From Vicinamibacteria bacterium (GTDB taxonomy: Bacteria; Acidobacteriota; Vicinamibacteria; Marinacidobacterales; Marinacidobacteraceae): a DNA stretch of 64,000 nucleotides. The notes beneath the pieces are model-generated. The model was not told the DNA's origin. It saw nothing but the letters and a program-made list of their open reading frames with translations, and made no database searches. Of the stretch, positions 46,143-56,713 are shown in pieces. Position 1 is the stretch's first letter. Each line of letters starts with the position of its first letter. The stretch lies in contig OZ241322.1 of NCBI GenBank assembly GCA_965199715.1, positions 64,001 through 128,000 on the forward strand, given 5' to 3'. A program made the position numbers and the translations under genes.

Positions 46143-47257
46143 GCTCGGTAGATGTGGAGCGCGTCCTCGGCGGCGAAGGCGCGGGGGTTGTGCCGCCCGG
46201 TCCATTCGCGGGCGGCTTCGGCGGCGAGGTCGGGCAGCTCGCCGAGGCCGTGGTCGAGCCTTGGGGGAAGGCCGGCGGTCTCGATCCAGTCCTCGAGGAG
46301 ATCCGCGAGGGTCGCCGCCGGATTCGGCCCCGGTTCGATCCCGGCGGCCTCGAGGAGCGCCCGGTAGCCGTCTTCCGCATCGGGGCCGTTCCAGCGGACC
46401 ACCCGCGGCAGGGTGATCGCGAGCGCCTCGCCGTGGGGGACGCCGTAGCGGCGGGTCAACGGGTTTGCGGCGGCGTGTCCGGCGCCGAGCATGGAGCGCT
46501 CGATCGCGGCCCCCGCGAGAAACGCCCCGAGCTGCATGTCGGCCGGGGCCCCGCCGGGGAACGCCCGCGCCAGCAGCGCGAAGGCCGCCCGGCTGAGCGC
46601 GAGCGATTCGGGGGTGCGCGTCTTCGTCACGGCGGTCTCGACCGCGTGGGCCACCGCGTCGAAGCCGGCGGCGCGGGCGACGGCTTCGGGGGCCGAGCGG
46701 GTCAGCTCGGGGTCGAGCACTACGGCGCGGAACATGGCGTCCGGCGCCCCGCACGCCAGCTTGGCGTGGTCCCGGTCGCGCGAGATGAGCGCGTACGATT
46801 GCGCCTCGCTTCCGGTGCCGGCGGTCGTGGGCACGCCGAAGAGCGGAGGAAGCGGGCAGCGGCGGCGCCCGTGGCCCCGGTAGTCCTCCATCCGGCCCCC
46901 GCCCGCGAGCAGGAAGCCGATCCCCTTGGCCATGTCGAGCGAGCTTCCGCCGCCGCAGCCGACGAGGCAGTCGGCCCCGGTCTCCTTGGCGAAGGCGGCT
47001 CCCGCGGCGACCTGGCTCTCGGTCGGGTTCGCGCCGAAGTCGGAGAAGACGCGCGGCTCGCGCCCGGCCTCCCGCAGCGCTTCTTCGACCCGGCTCGCGA
47101 TCCCGGCGCGGACGACGCCGGGGTCGGCGGCGACGAGCGGGCGCGCTCCCGTCCGTTCGGCCAGCGCCCGCAGGTCGGGCAGGACGTCCGGCGAGGGGTC
47201 GTCCAGCCGCCAGCTTCCGGCGGTCGCGCCCGGCCGCCGGGGGAATGCGCCGGTCAA
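46133..47257 (-). CDS. Iron-containing (type III) alcohol dehydrogenase family protein
   Basis: GGGSSLDMAK, PTTAGTGSE, DAVAHAVE, GHAAAN and PHGEA motifs. Confidence 0.92.
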   Translation of the reverse strand: MTGAFPRRPGATAGSWRLDDPSPDVLPDLRALAERTGARPLVAADPGVVRAGIASRVEEALREAGREPRVFSDFGANPTESQVAAGAAFAKETGADCLVGCGGGSSLDMAKGIGFLLAGGGRMEDYRGHGRRRCPLPPLFGVPTTAGTGSEAQSYALISRDRDHAKLACGAPDAMFRAVVLDPELTRSAPEAVARAAGFDAVAHAVETAVTKTRTPESLALSRAAFALLARAFPGGAPADMQLGAFLAGAAIERSMLGAGHAAANPLTRRYGVPHGEALAITLPRVVRWNGPDAEDGYRALLEAAGIEPGPNPAATLADLLEDWIETAGLPPRLDHGLGELPDLAAEAAREWTGRHNPRAFAAEDALHIYRACA

Positions 47258-47263
47258 GCCGCC

Positions 47264-48655
47264 CTATTCGGCGATGGCGAAGAGCTGGTTGCGGCTCGCG
47301 ATGTAGAGGGTCCCGTTCGCCGGGACCACGCTCGAGTACACCGAGCTGCCCATGTTCATCTCGGCCAGGACTTCCTCGGTCGGGCCGGGTCGGAGCACGA
47401 CCACGTCGCCGTCCTCGTCGCCGAGGTAGAGCTTGCCGTCCGCGACGACCGGCGATCCCCAGACGGCGGCGAAGGTGTCATGCACCCACAGCGGCTCGCC
47501 GGTCTCCATGTCGAGCGCGTGCAGGAAGCCGGAGAAGTCCGGCATGTACACGATCCCCTCGTGCGCCGCGGCGGTCGAGATCGAGCGGCGGATCACGTCG
47601 TAATGCCACAGCCGGCCCGAGTCGGTGACGTCGCCGCGCATCGTCGGGTCGATGGCGAAGAAGTGGCCCACGCCCTCCCCGTGCTCGGGGTCCTGCCCGT
47701 TCGCGATGAAGAGGCGGTCGTCGAGGATCACCGGGGTCGAGATCACGTTGTTGCGGGTGCGCGGCCACAGCGAGTCCTTGGGGTTCGTGTCGAAGGACCA
47801 AAGCAGCTCGCCGGTGTCGGCGACGTAGCCGCGCACCCAGCCGTCGCCCTCGCCCATGACGACCTGCGCCACGCCGCCGATCTCGGCCACTCCGGCGGAG
47901 GACCACTGGCCGTGGAGGATGTTCTCGCCCACGTGGTTCGCCTCCCAGACCAGCTCGCCGGTCAGCTTGTCGAGAGCGATGATGGCGGGGGCGCGGGGGG
48001 AGGGGACGGTGACGTGGGTCTCGTCCTGGCCGTTCGAGGTGTTGATGAACAGCAGGTTCCCCCACGAGACCGGGCTGGAGTTGGACATGTTGTGGGGGAA
48101 TGCTCCGACCTCCTCCATCATGTCGAACCGCCACAGGACGTCGCCGTCCTGCGGGGCCTGGTAGGTCTCGCCGCTCCAGCCGTCGTTGCCGTCCGCCATC
48201 CCGTTCACGTCCGCCGCCAGCACCTCGCCCCGGTTCGTGACGTAGTAGAGGACGTCGCCCTCGACGAGCGGCGAGGAGCACACGCCCTGGAACGGCCAGT
48301 CGTTCACCCGGCCCGAAGCGAGCTTGTCCGAGACGAGCTGCCAGAGGAACTCGCCGGTGGCGGCGTCGAACGCCAGCATCACGCCCTTGTCGCCGGAGAT
48401 CTCCTGGTCGTAGAGCGCCTCGTTGTTGGTCCCGACGAAGACCCGCCCGCCGGCGACGACCGGGTTCCCGTAGGTCTGCGAGCCGAGCGCCGCGACCCAG
48501 CGGACGTTCTCGCCGGAGCGCACGTCCCAGGTCAGCGGCAGCGGCGCCGGGGCGTCCGAGACCATGTTGCGGTCGGGGGTTCCGCCCCACATGGGCCAGT
48601 CCTGGGCCGCGGCGGGCGCGGCGAGAAGGAGGGCGGCGGAAACGATTCGGGACAT
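47264..48655 (-). CDS. Secreted PQQ-like beta-propeller protein 2
   Basis: Signal peptide (AAAQ), DWPMWGGTPDRN, and AFD..TG..LW blades. Confidence 0.88.
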   Translation of the reverse strand: MSRIVSAALLLAAPAAAQDWPMWGGTPDRNMVSDAPAPLPLTWDVRSGENVRWVAALGSQTYGNPVVAGGRVFVGTNNEALYDQEISGDKGVMLAFDAATGEFLWQLVSDKLASGRVNDWPFQGVCSSPLVEGDVLYYVTNRGEVLAADVNGMADGNDGWSGETYQAPQDGDVLWRFDMMEEVGAFPHNMSNSSPVSWGNLLFINTSNGQDETHVTVPSPRAPAIIALDKLTGELVWEANHVGENILHGQWSSAGVAEIGGVAQVVMGEGDGWVRGYVADTGELLWSFDTNPKDSLWPRTRNNVISTPVILDDRLFIANGQDPEHGEGVGHFFAIDPTMRGDVTDSGRLWHYDVIRRSISTAAAHEGIVYMPDFSGFLHALDMETGEPLWVHDTFAAVWGSPVVADGKLYLGDEDGDVVVLRPGPTEEVLAEMNMGSSVYSSVVPANGTLYIASRNQLFAIAE

Positions 48656-48663
48656 GGAGCCTC

Positions 48664-50814
48664 TCAGTTGCTCACGGGGCCGACCGTGACGTTGTCGAGG
48701 AAGATCTCCGCGGCGACGGCGTCGGCGAACACTCCTGGAGCGCCCTCGAGGTGCGGCAGCTCCTCCCGCCATTCGATCGTCCAGCCGTCGGGCTCCGGAT
48801 CGCCGCGGCGCCAGACGCGGCCGCGGGCGACGACGTCCTCGGCGTCCTTGAACACCTCGAAGCGCATCGAGTACCAGGCGTCGGGTTCCCACGCGAAGGG
48901 AGTCGCGGTCGAGCGTCCGGGGGTGGCGTGCCACGAGTGGATCTCGAGGCGCTGGTGGTTGCCCATGAGGACCAACTGGTAGCGCTGGGCGACGAGGCCG
49001 ACGTTGCCGAGCTGGCGGCGGCGTTCGGTGGCCATCACGTCGGCGGTCACCGCGTAGTTGCTGAGCTGCGGCGAGCCCATGAAGACCCGCGCCCGCCGCA
49101 GGAAGGGGTTGTCGGCGAGCTTCACGAGCGTCCCGTCGCGCACGGCGTACTTCCCGGCCGCGTTCACCCACTGCGCGGGAACGGCGGCGTCCTCGGCGTC
49201 GAAGTCCCAGCTCCACGGAAGCGGCGGGACCACCCGGAAGCGGGCGGAGCCGGACAGGTCGCCCGCCCGGGCGGTCACCGCTCCGGCGCCCGCCGGCGCG
49301 TCCGCCGGAATCCGCAGCGCGCCGCCTTCGACCGATCCGGCGAACGCCTCCCACGCCGGATCGCCGGGAACGTCGGTCTCGCGGCCGCGGTCGTCGAAGG
49401 CGCGCACGGTCAGGGGAACCTCGTCGCCCGGGGCGAGGAGCGCCTCGGTGGGCGAGACCAGCAGCCGGACCGCCGGGCCGCCCGCCTCGGGCGCGGTGTC
49501 CGTCGCCGGCATGTCGTCCGAGGGACGGTGGGCGCCGATCGCGTAGAGGTGGGCGTTCGAGACGAGATACACGAGGCCGTCGCTCACCGCGACCGAGGCG
49601 ACGACCTCCTCCGGCTCGGTCTCGGAGCCGAGCAGGTCCTCATCGAGCACGGTCGCTCCTTCGGCCTCCGGCTTCAGGATGTAGAAGCGCCCGTTGCCGG
49701 TCCCCACCCACAGCTTGCCGTCGGCGAGCACCGGCGAGGCGCGCTGGATCGTGCCGAGGTTGCGGGTCCAGCGCCGCTCGCCGTCGCTCGGATCGAACGC
49801 CGCGAGGTTCGCGCTGTTGTCCATCCAGTAGAGGGTCTCGCCGTCGGTCACGCCGGACGAGTAGCCGCCGAGGAAACCCGGCGCCCGCCACAGCGCCGCC
49901 TCCTCGGCGATCTCGCCGGTCGAGCGGGCGTCGAGCGCCGCGAGCAGGCCCATGGTCGAGAAACTCACGTTTTCCTCGCCGTGGCTCACCACGACCGTGT
50001 CGCCGAAGAGGATCGCGCCGCTGTTCACTCCGCGCTTGCTCATCGGGTAGTGCCAGACCGGGTCGCCGGTCGCCGGATCGATCGCGTGGAAGGCGCCGTC
50101 CCCGCCGCCGACGAGCAGCAGTCGGCGGCCGCCGACCGTGCGGATCGAGGGCGGCGAGTAGGTGGTGTCGTAGGGGCGGGCGCCGGGGGCGCTCATCCAG
50201 CGCGCCGCGCCGGTGGTCTTCTCGAAGGCGAAGAAGCGCTGACTGCCGCGGGCGTGCGCGCCCCACGACGAGCTCACCCCGCTCACGATCACGACGTCGC
50301 CGTGGATCAGCGGCGACGGGGTGCGTCCGCCGTGGGTGCTGATGACGCCGAGCTCCTCCGACAGCGAGCGGCGCCAGCGGACCTCGCCGGTGGCCGCGTC
50401 GAACGCGGTCAGTTCCGCGCCGACGGTCAGGGAGAAGACGAGGCCGGACTCGGGATCCGCCGCCGGGGAGGCCCAGCCGGCGCGCCGGGGCGGGGCGTCC
50501 GAGTGGAAGACGTTCCGCCGGTGCTCCCACAGCAGCTCGCCGGTGCGGGCGTCGAGCGCGAGAAGCCGCTCCTGACGGGTCCCGCCGTCGCCCGAGGCGT
50601 TTTGCAGGAACAGTCGGTCGCCCATGACCACCGGGGTGGAGCGCCCGCCGTAGGGAAGCCGGAACGCGAGGTTCTCGCCGTCCGGCGACCACGAGTCGGG
50701 AAGGCCGGTTTCGGCGGAGACGCCGTCTCGGGTCGGCCCCCGGACTTCCGGCCAGTCGGCCGCCGCGGATCCTGCCAACGACGCCGCGAGCGCGAGGAGG
50801 ACGCCGGTACGCAT
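48664..50814 (-). CDS. Secreted PQQ-like beta-propeller protein 3 with C-terminal beta-sandwich domains
   Basis: Signal peptide, DWPEVRGP, propeller blades, and a ~270-aa beta-rich extension. Confidence 0.85.
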   Translation of the reverse strand: MRTGVLLALAASLAGSAAADWPEVRGPTRDGVSAETGLPDSWSPDGENLAFRLPYGGRSTPVVMGDRLFLQNASGDGGTRQERLLALDARTGELLWEHRRNVFHSDAPPRRAGWASPAADPESGLVFSLTVGAELTAFDAATGEVRWRRSLSEELGVISTHGGRTPSPLIHGDVVIVSGVSSSWGAHARGSQRFFAFEKTTGAARWMSAPGARPYDTTYSPPSIRTVGGRRLLLVGGGDGAFHAIDPATGDPVWHYPMSKRGVNSGAILFGDTVVVSHGEENVSFSTMGLLAALDARSTGEIAEEAALWRAPGFLGGYSSGVTDGETLYWMDNSANLAAFDPSDGERRWTRNLGTIQRASPVLADGKLWVGTGNGRFYILKPEAEGATVLDEDLLGSETEPEEVVASVAVSDGLVYLVSNAHLYAIGAHRPSDDMPATDTAPEAGGPAVRLLVSPTEALLAPGDEVPLTVRAFDDRGRETDVPGDPAWEAFAGSVEGGALRIPADAPAGAGAVTARAGDLSGSARFRVVPPLPWSWDFDAEDAAVPAQWVNAAGKYAVRDGTLVKLADNPFLRRARVFMGSPQLSNYAVTADVMATERRRQLGNVGLVAQRYQLVLMGNHQRLEIHSWHATPGRSTATPFAWEPDAWYSMRFEVFKDAEDVVARGRVWRRGDPEPDGWTIEWREELPHLEGAPGVFADAVAAEIFLDNVTVGPVSN

Positions 50815-50850
50815 GGCCCGCATTCTATTGACCCGGCACAATACGCGGCG

Positions 50851-52161
50851 ATGCACCGAGCCGTCCTCGCGGCCCTTCTGGCGTCGCTGGCCGCGCCCGG
50901 CGCCGGACAGTGGCCCGGCTGGCGCGGTCCTTCCGCGAACGGCGTCTCGGAAGAGACCGGTCTCCCCGAGCGGATCACCGCCGGGGCCGAGGCGTGGAGC
51001 GTCGAGGTTCCCGGGCGCGGGCACTCGTCGCCGGTGGTCGAGGGCGGCCTCGTGTTCCTGACCGCGTCCGTCGAGGGCGAGGTCGTCCCCGGCCATGAGC
51101 CACCGATCCACTACCGGGACGGCGAGGTCTATCTCCACCCTGGCAGCGGATCGGGCGACCGCAGCCACGCGCTGCTCGCGCTCGCGTACGACGCCGAAAC
51201 CGGGGCGGAGGCCTGGCGGCGGACGCTCCACGACGGGCCGGTGCACGACAACCGCTACCGCACGAACACCTACGCATCGCTGACCGCGCTGACCGACGGG
51301 GAGCGGGTCTATTTCTGGTTCGGCTCGCAGGGCCTTTACGCGCTGACGCTGGACGGCGAGCCGGTCTGGAGCCGCGACCTCGGCGACTTCGGCGACTGGG
51401 GGCTCGGCCACGGGATCTCGCCGGTGCTCCACGGCGATCTCCTGATCCTCGTCTGCGACGACGACGCCGGCGAGAAGTCGCAGATCTTCGCGGTCCATCG
51501 GAAGACCGGCGAGATCGCGTGGCGGATCGGGCGGCGTGCGCGCAAGAGCTGGGGGACGCCGAGCCTTGTGCCGGTCGGCGACCGGACGCAGTTGGTGGTC
51601 GCGAGCTACGACCGGATCGCGGCCTACGACCCGACGAGCGGCCGGGAAGTCTGGGGCGGGGCCGGCTTCGACTCGAACGTGGTCCACACGCCGGTGCATC
51701 TCGCCGTCGGCGACGACCGGCTGGTGTTCGTCTCGACCGGCTACCCCGACAAGGAGGTGCGGGCGCTGCGCCTGAGCCCCGGCCGCGCCGAGCCGACGCG
51801 CGAGTGGACGCACGCCCGGGGGACCGGGTACCTGCCGTCGGGGATCGCGTACGGGGGCGTACTGTTCGTGATCTCGGACGGCGGGGTCGTCACGGGGCTC
51901 GATCCGTTGACCGGCGCGGTCCATTTTCAGGGGCGGCCGCCGAACCCGGGCCGGTACCACGCCTCGCCGGTGGGGTACGAGGGGAAGGTGCTCATTGGGA
52001 GCCTCGAGGGCGACCTCACCGTCTTCCGCGCCGCCCCCGAGTTCGAGGTTCTTTCCACGGGGTCGCTGGACGAGGCGATCTGGGCGTCGCCCGCCATCGC
52101 CGACGGGACGCTGTTCCTGCGGACCGTGTCCCGGCTCTACGCCTTCCGGAGGGGGTCGTGA
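50851..52161 (+). CDS. Secreted PQQ-like beta-propeller protein 4
   Basis: Signal peptide, QWPGWRGP, GHSSPV and ASPAIADGTLFLR. Confidence 0.88.
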   Translation: MHRAVLAALLASLAAPGAGQWPGWRGPSANGVSEETGLPERITAGAEAWSVEVPGRGHSSPVVEGGLVFLTASVEGEVVPGHEPPIHYRDGEVYLHPGSGSGDRSHALLALAYDAETGAEAWRRTLHDGPVHDNRYRTNTYASLTALTDGERVYFWFGSQGLYALTLDGEPVWSRDLGDFGDWGLGHGISPVLHGDLLILVCDDDAGEKSQIFAVHRKTGEIAWRIGRRARKSWGTPSLVPVGDRTQLVVASYDRIAAYDPTSGREVWGGAGFDSNVVHTPVHLAVGDDRLVFVSTGYPDKEVRALRLSPGRAEPTREWTHARGTGYLPSGIAYGGVLFVISDGGVVTGLDPLTGAVHFQGRPPNPGRYHASPVGYEGKVLIGSLEGDLTVFRAAPEFEVLSTGSLDEAIWASPAIADGTLFLRTVSRLYAFRRGS

Positions 52162-53422
52162 AGGCGCTCGCGCTCGTCCTGCTCGTCGCGGCGGGGGGCG
52201 AGTGGCCCGGCTGGCGCGGTCCGGGAGGCCGGGGCGTCGCGGCGTCGCCGGCTCCGACCGAGTGGGGGCCGGAGCATCCGAACCTGCGGTGGCGGCGCGA
52301 GATTCCCGGCCGGGGGCACTCGTCGCCCATCGTGGCCGGGGATCTGGTTCTCCTGACCACCGGGATCGCCGGCGAGACCGTGCCCGGAGCCTCCGCCGTG
52401 ACCCATCGCATGGGCGGCGAGGAGTTCGTGCATCCCGACAGCGTCGGAGCCGACCGGCGGGTCACGCTGCTGCTGCTGGCCTACGACCGCGAGACGGGCG
52501 AACCCCGCTGGGAGCGGACGGTCCGGGACGGCGCGCTCCCCCACGACGCGCGCCATCGCGTGGGCTCCTACGCGAACCCCACGCCGCTGTTCGACGGCGA
52601 GCGCGTCCTCGCGTGGTTCGGCTCGCAGGGCCTCCACGCCTTCGACTTCGACGGCGAGCCGCTCTGGTCGCTCGACCTCGGCGGCGTCGCGACGCTCGGG
52701 ATGGGCGTCGGGGTCTCGCCGCTCCTCGTCCCGTCGGAGGGGCTGGTCGTGGTTCTCAACGACGCGAGCGACAAAGGCTCGTTCATCGCGGCGGTGGACG
52801 CCGCGACCGGGGCCGTGCGCTGGCGGAAGGAACGGACCCAGCCGGTCGGCTGGGCCTCGCCGATCCTCGTCGGCGACCGGATCGTGACCGCGGGAACGGA
52901 CGACGTCGTGGCCTACGACGCGGCGACCGGGGCCGAGGTCTGGCGCGCCGAGGGCCTCCATGCGAACGCGGTCCCGAGCCCGGTCGCGGACGACGGCGTC
53001 GTGGTGGTCGCGACCGGCTATCCCAGCAAGAAGGTCATGGGGATCGACGCCGCCGACGGAAGCGCGCTGTGGATCCACGCCCGGGGCCAGGGCTACGTGC
53101 CGTCGCCGATCCTCTACCGGGGGATCGTCCGGCTCGTCAGCGACGGCGGAATCCTGACCGCGCTCGACGCCCGGACCGGAGCGGTCCTCCACGACCCGGG
53201 GCGCATGCCGACCCCCGGCAAGTTCTTCGCGTCGCCGGTGGCGGCCGGGGACTTCCTCTACCTGACCAGCGAGGACGGCGACACTCACGTCGTCCCCGCC
53301 GGGCCGGAGTTCCGGGTCGAGGCCACGAACTCGCTGGACGAGCCGGTGTTCGCCTCGCCCGCCATCCACGACGGGGCGCTGTACCTGCGCAGCGTCTCCT
53401 CCCTCTACTCGGTGGCCGAACC

Positions 53423-53426
<4 letters not shown>
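52158..53426 (+). CDS. Secreted PQQ-like beta-propeller protein 5
   Basis: EWPGWRGP, GHSSPI and ASPAIHDGALYLR; tandem paralogue of protein 4. Confidence 0.88.
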
Positions 53427-55296
<1,870 letters not shown>

Positions 55297-55300
<4 letters not shown>

Positions 55301-56712
55301 CGCTGCTGTTTCTCGCGCTGCTCGCCGTGGCGCCCGCCGAGTGGGACCGCTTCCGCGGCCCCAACGGGAGCGGACGCGGCCCCGACGGGTCGCTGCCCGT
55401 GGAATTCACCCCCGACCGGGAGCTCTTTCGGGTTCCGGTCCCGCTCGGGCACTCGTCGCCGATCCTCGCCGGCGGGCGGGTGCATTTGACCGCGTTCCGG
55501 GACGACGAGTTCGTGACCTTCGCGCTCGACATGGACACCGGCGAGACCCTGTGGGAGTCGATCGCCGCGAGGCCGCGCTTCACTGAGGTGGACTCGCGCA
55601 ACAACGCCGCGTCGCCGAGCGTCGCGGCGACCCCGGACGAGGTCGTCGCGTTCTTTCCCGATCTCGGCGTGATCGCCTACGACGGGGCGGGGGAGGAGCG
55701 CTGGCGGCTCCCGCTCGGCCCGTTCGACAACCTCTACGGGATGGGCGCCTCGCCGATCTTCGCGGGCGAGTACGTGGTGCTCGTGCTCGACCAGAACCTG
55801 GGCTCGGAGATCCTCGCGATCCATCGGGACGCTGGAACCGTGGCGTGGCGGACTCCCCGGCCCGAGGCCACGAGCGGCCATTCCACGCCGATCCTCCGGG
55901 ACGCCGCGGGCGGGGTCGAAATCCTCGCGCCGGGGAGCTTCCTGCTCACCGCCTACGCGCTGGAGACCGGGACGCCGAGCTGGTGGGTGCGCGGGCTGCC
56001 GTGGGAGATGAAGTCCACGCCGGTGATGGCCGGCGGCCTCGTGTACGTGAACGGCTACGGGGCGCCGCTGAACGAGCCGGGCAACCAGCGCACCGCGCCG
56101 AGCTTCGCGGACGCGCTCGAGGCGTCGGACGCCGACGGCGACGGGGCGATCTGCCGCGACGAGGCCGAGGGGCATCCGGCGTCGTGGTTTGGCGTGATCG
56201 ACCTCAGTGGGGACGACGCGCTCCAGGCCTCCGAATGGGCCTATTACGAGGCGGTGCTCGCGTCGCGCAACGGGGTGATCGCCGTCCGTCCGCCGGGCGT
56301 CGGCGAGTCGGGAGACGTGACCGACGCGAACACCGTCTGGACCTACCACCGCCGCGCGCCGCAGCTCCCGTCGCCGCTCGAAATCGGGGGCGTGCTGTAC
56401 CTCGTGAACGACGGCGGGATCGTGACCGCGCTCGACCCCGAAGAGGGGGTCATGCTGTCGCAGAACCGGCTGCGGGGCGCGGTGGACGCCTATTACGCCT
56501 CGCCGGTGGCCGCCGACGGGAAGATCTTCTTCGTGAGCGAGCTCGGCATGGTCGCGGTGACCCGGCCGCTCGAGCCGGGCGAGGAGTCGTCCGAGCTGGA
56601 GGTGCTCCACGTGAACCACCTCGAGGAGGCGGTGTACGCGACGCCCGCGATCGCGCCGTCGCGCCTCTACATCCGGACGGTCGAGCACCTGATCGCGATC
56701 ACGGGGGAGTAG
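55297..56712 (+). CDS. Secreted PQQ-like beta-propeller protein 6 with EF-hand-like insert
   Basis: EWDRFRGP and GHSSPI; DADGDGAICRDE and DLSGDDALQASE loops. Confidence 0.85.
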
Positions 56713-56713
56713 C

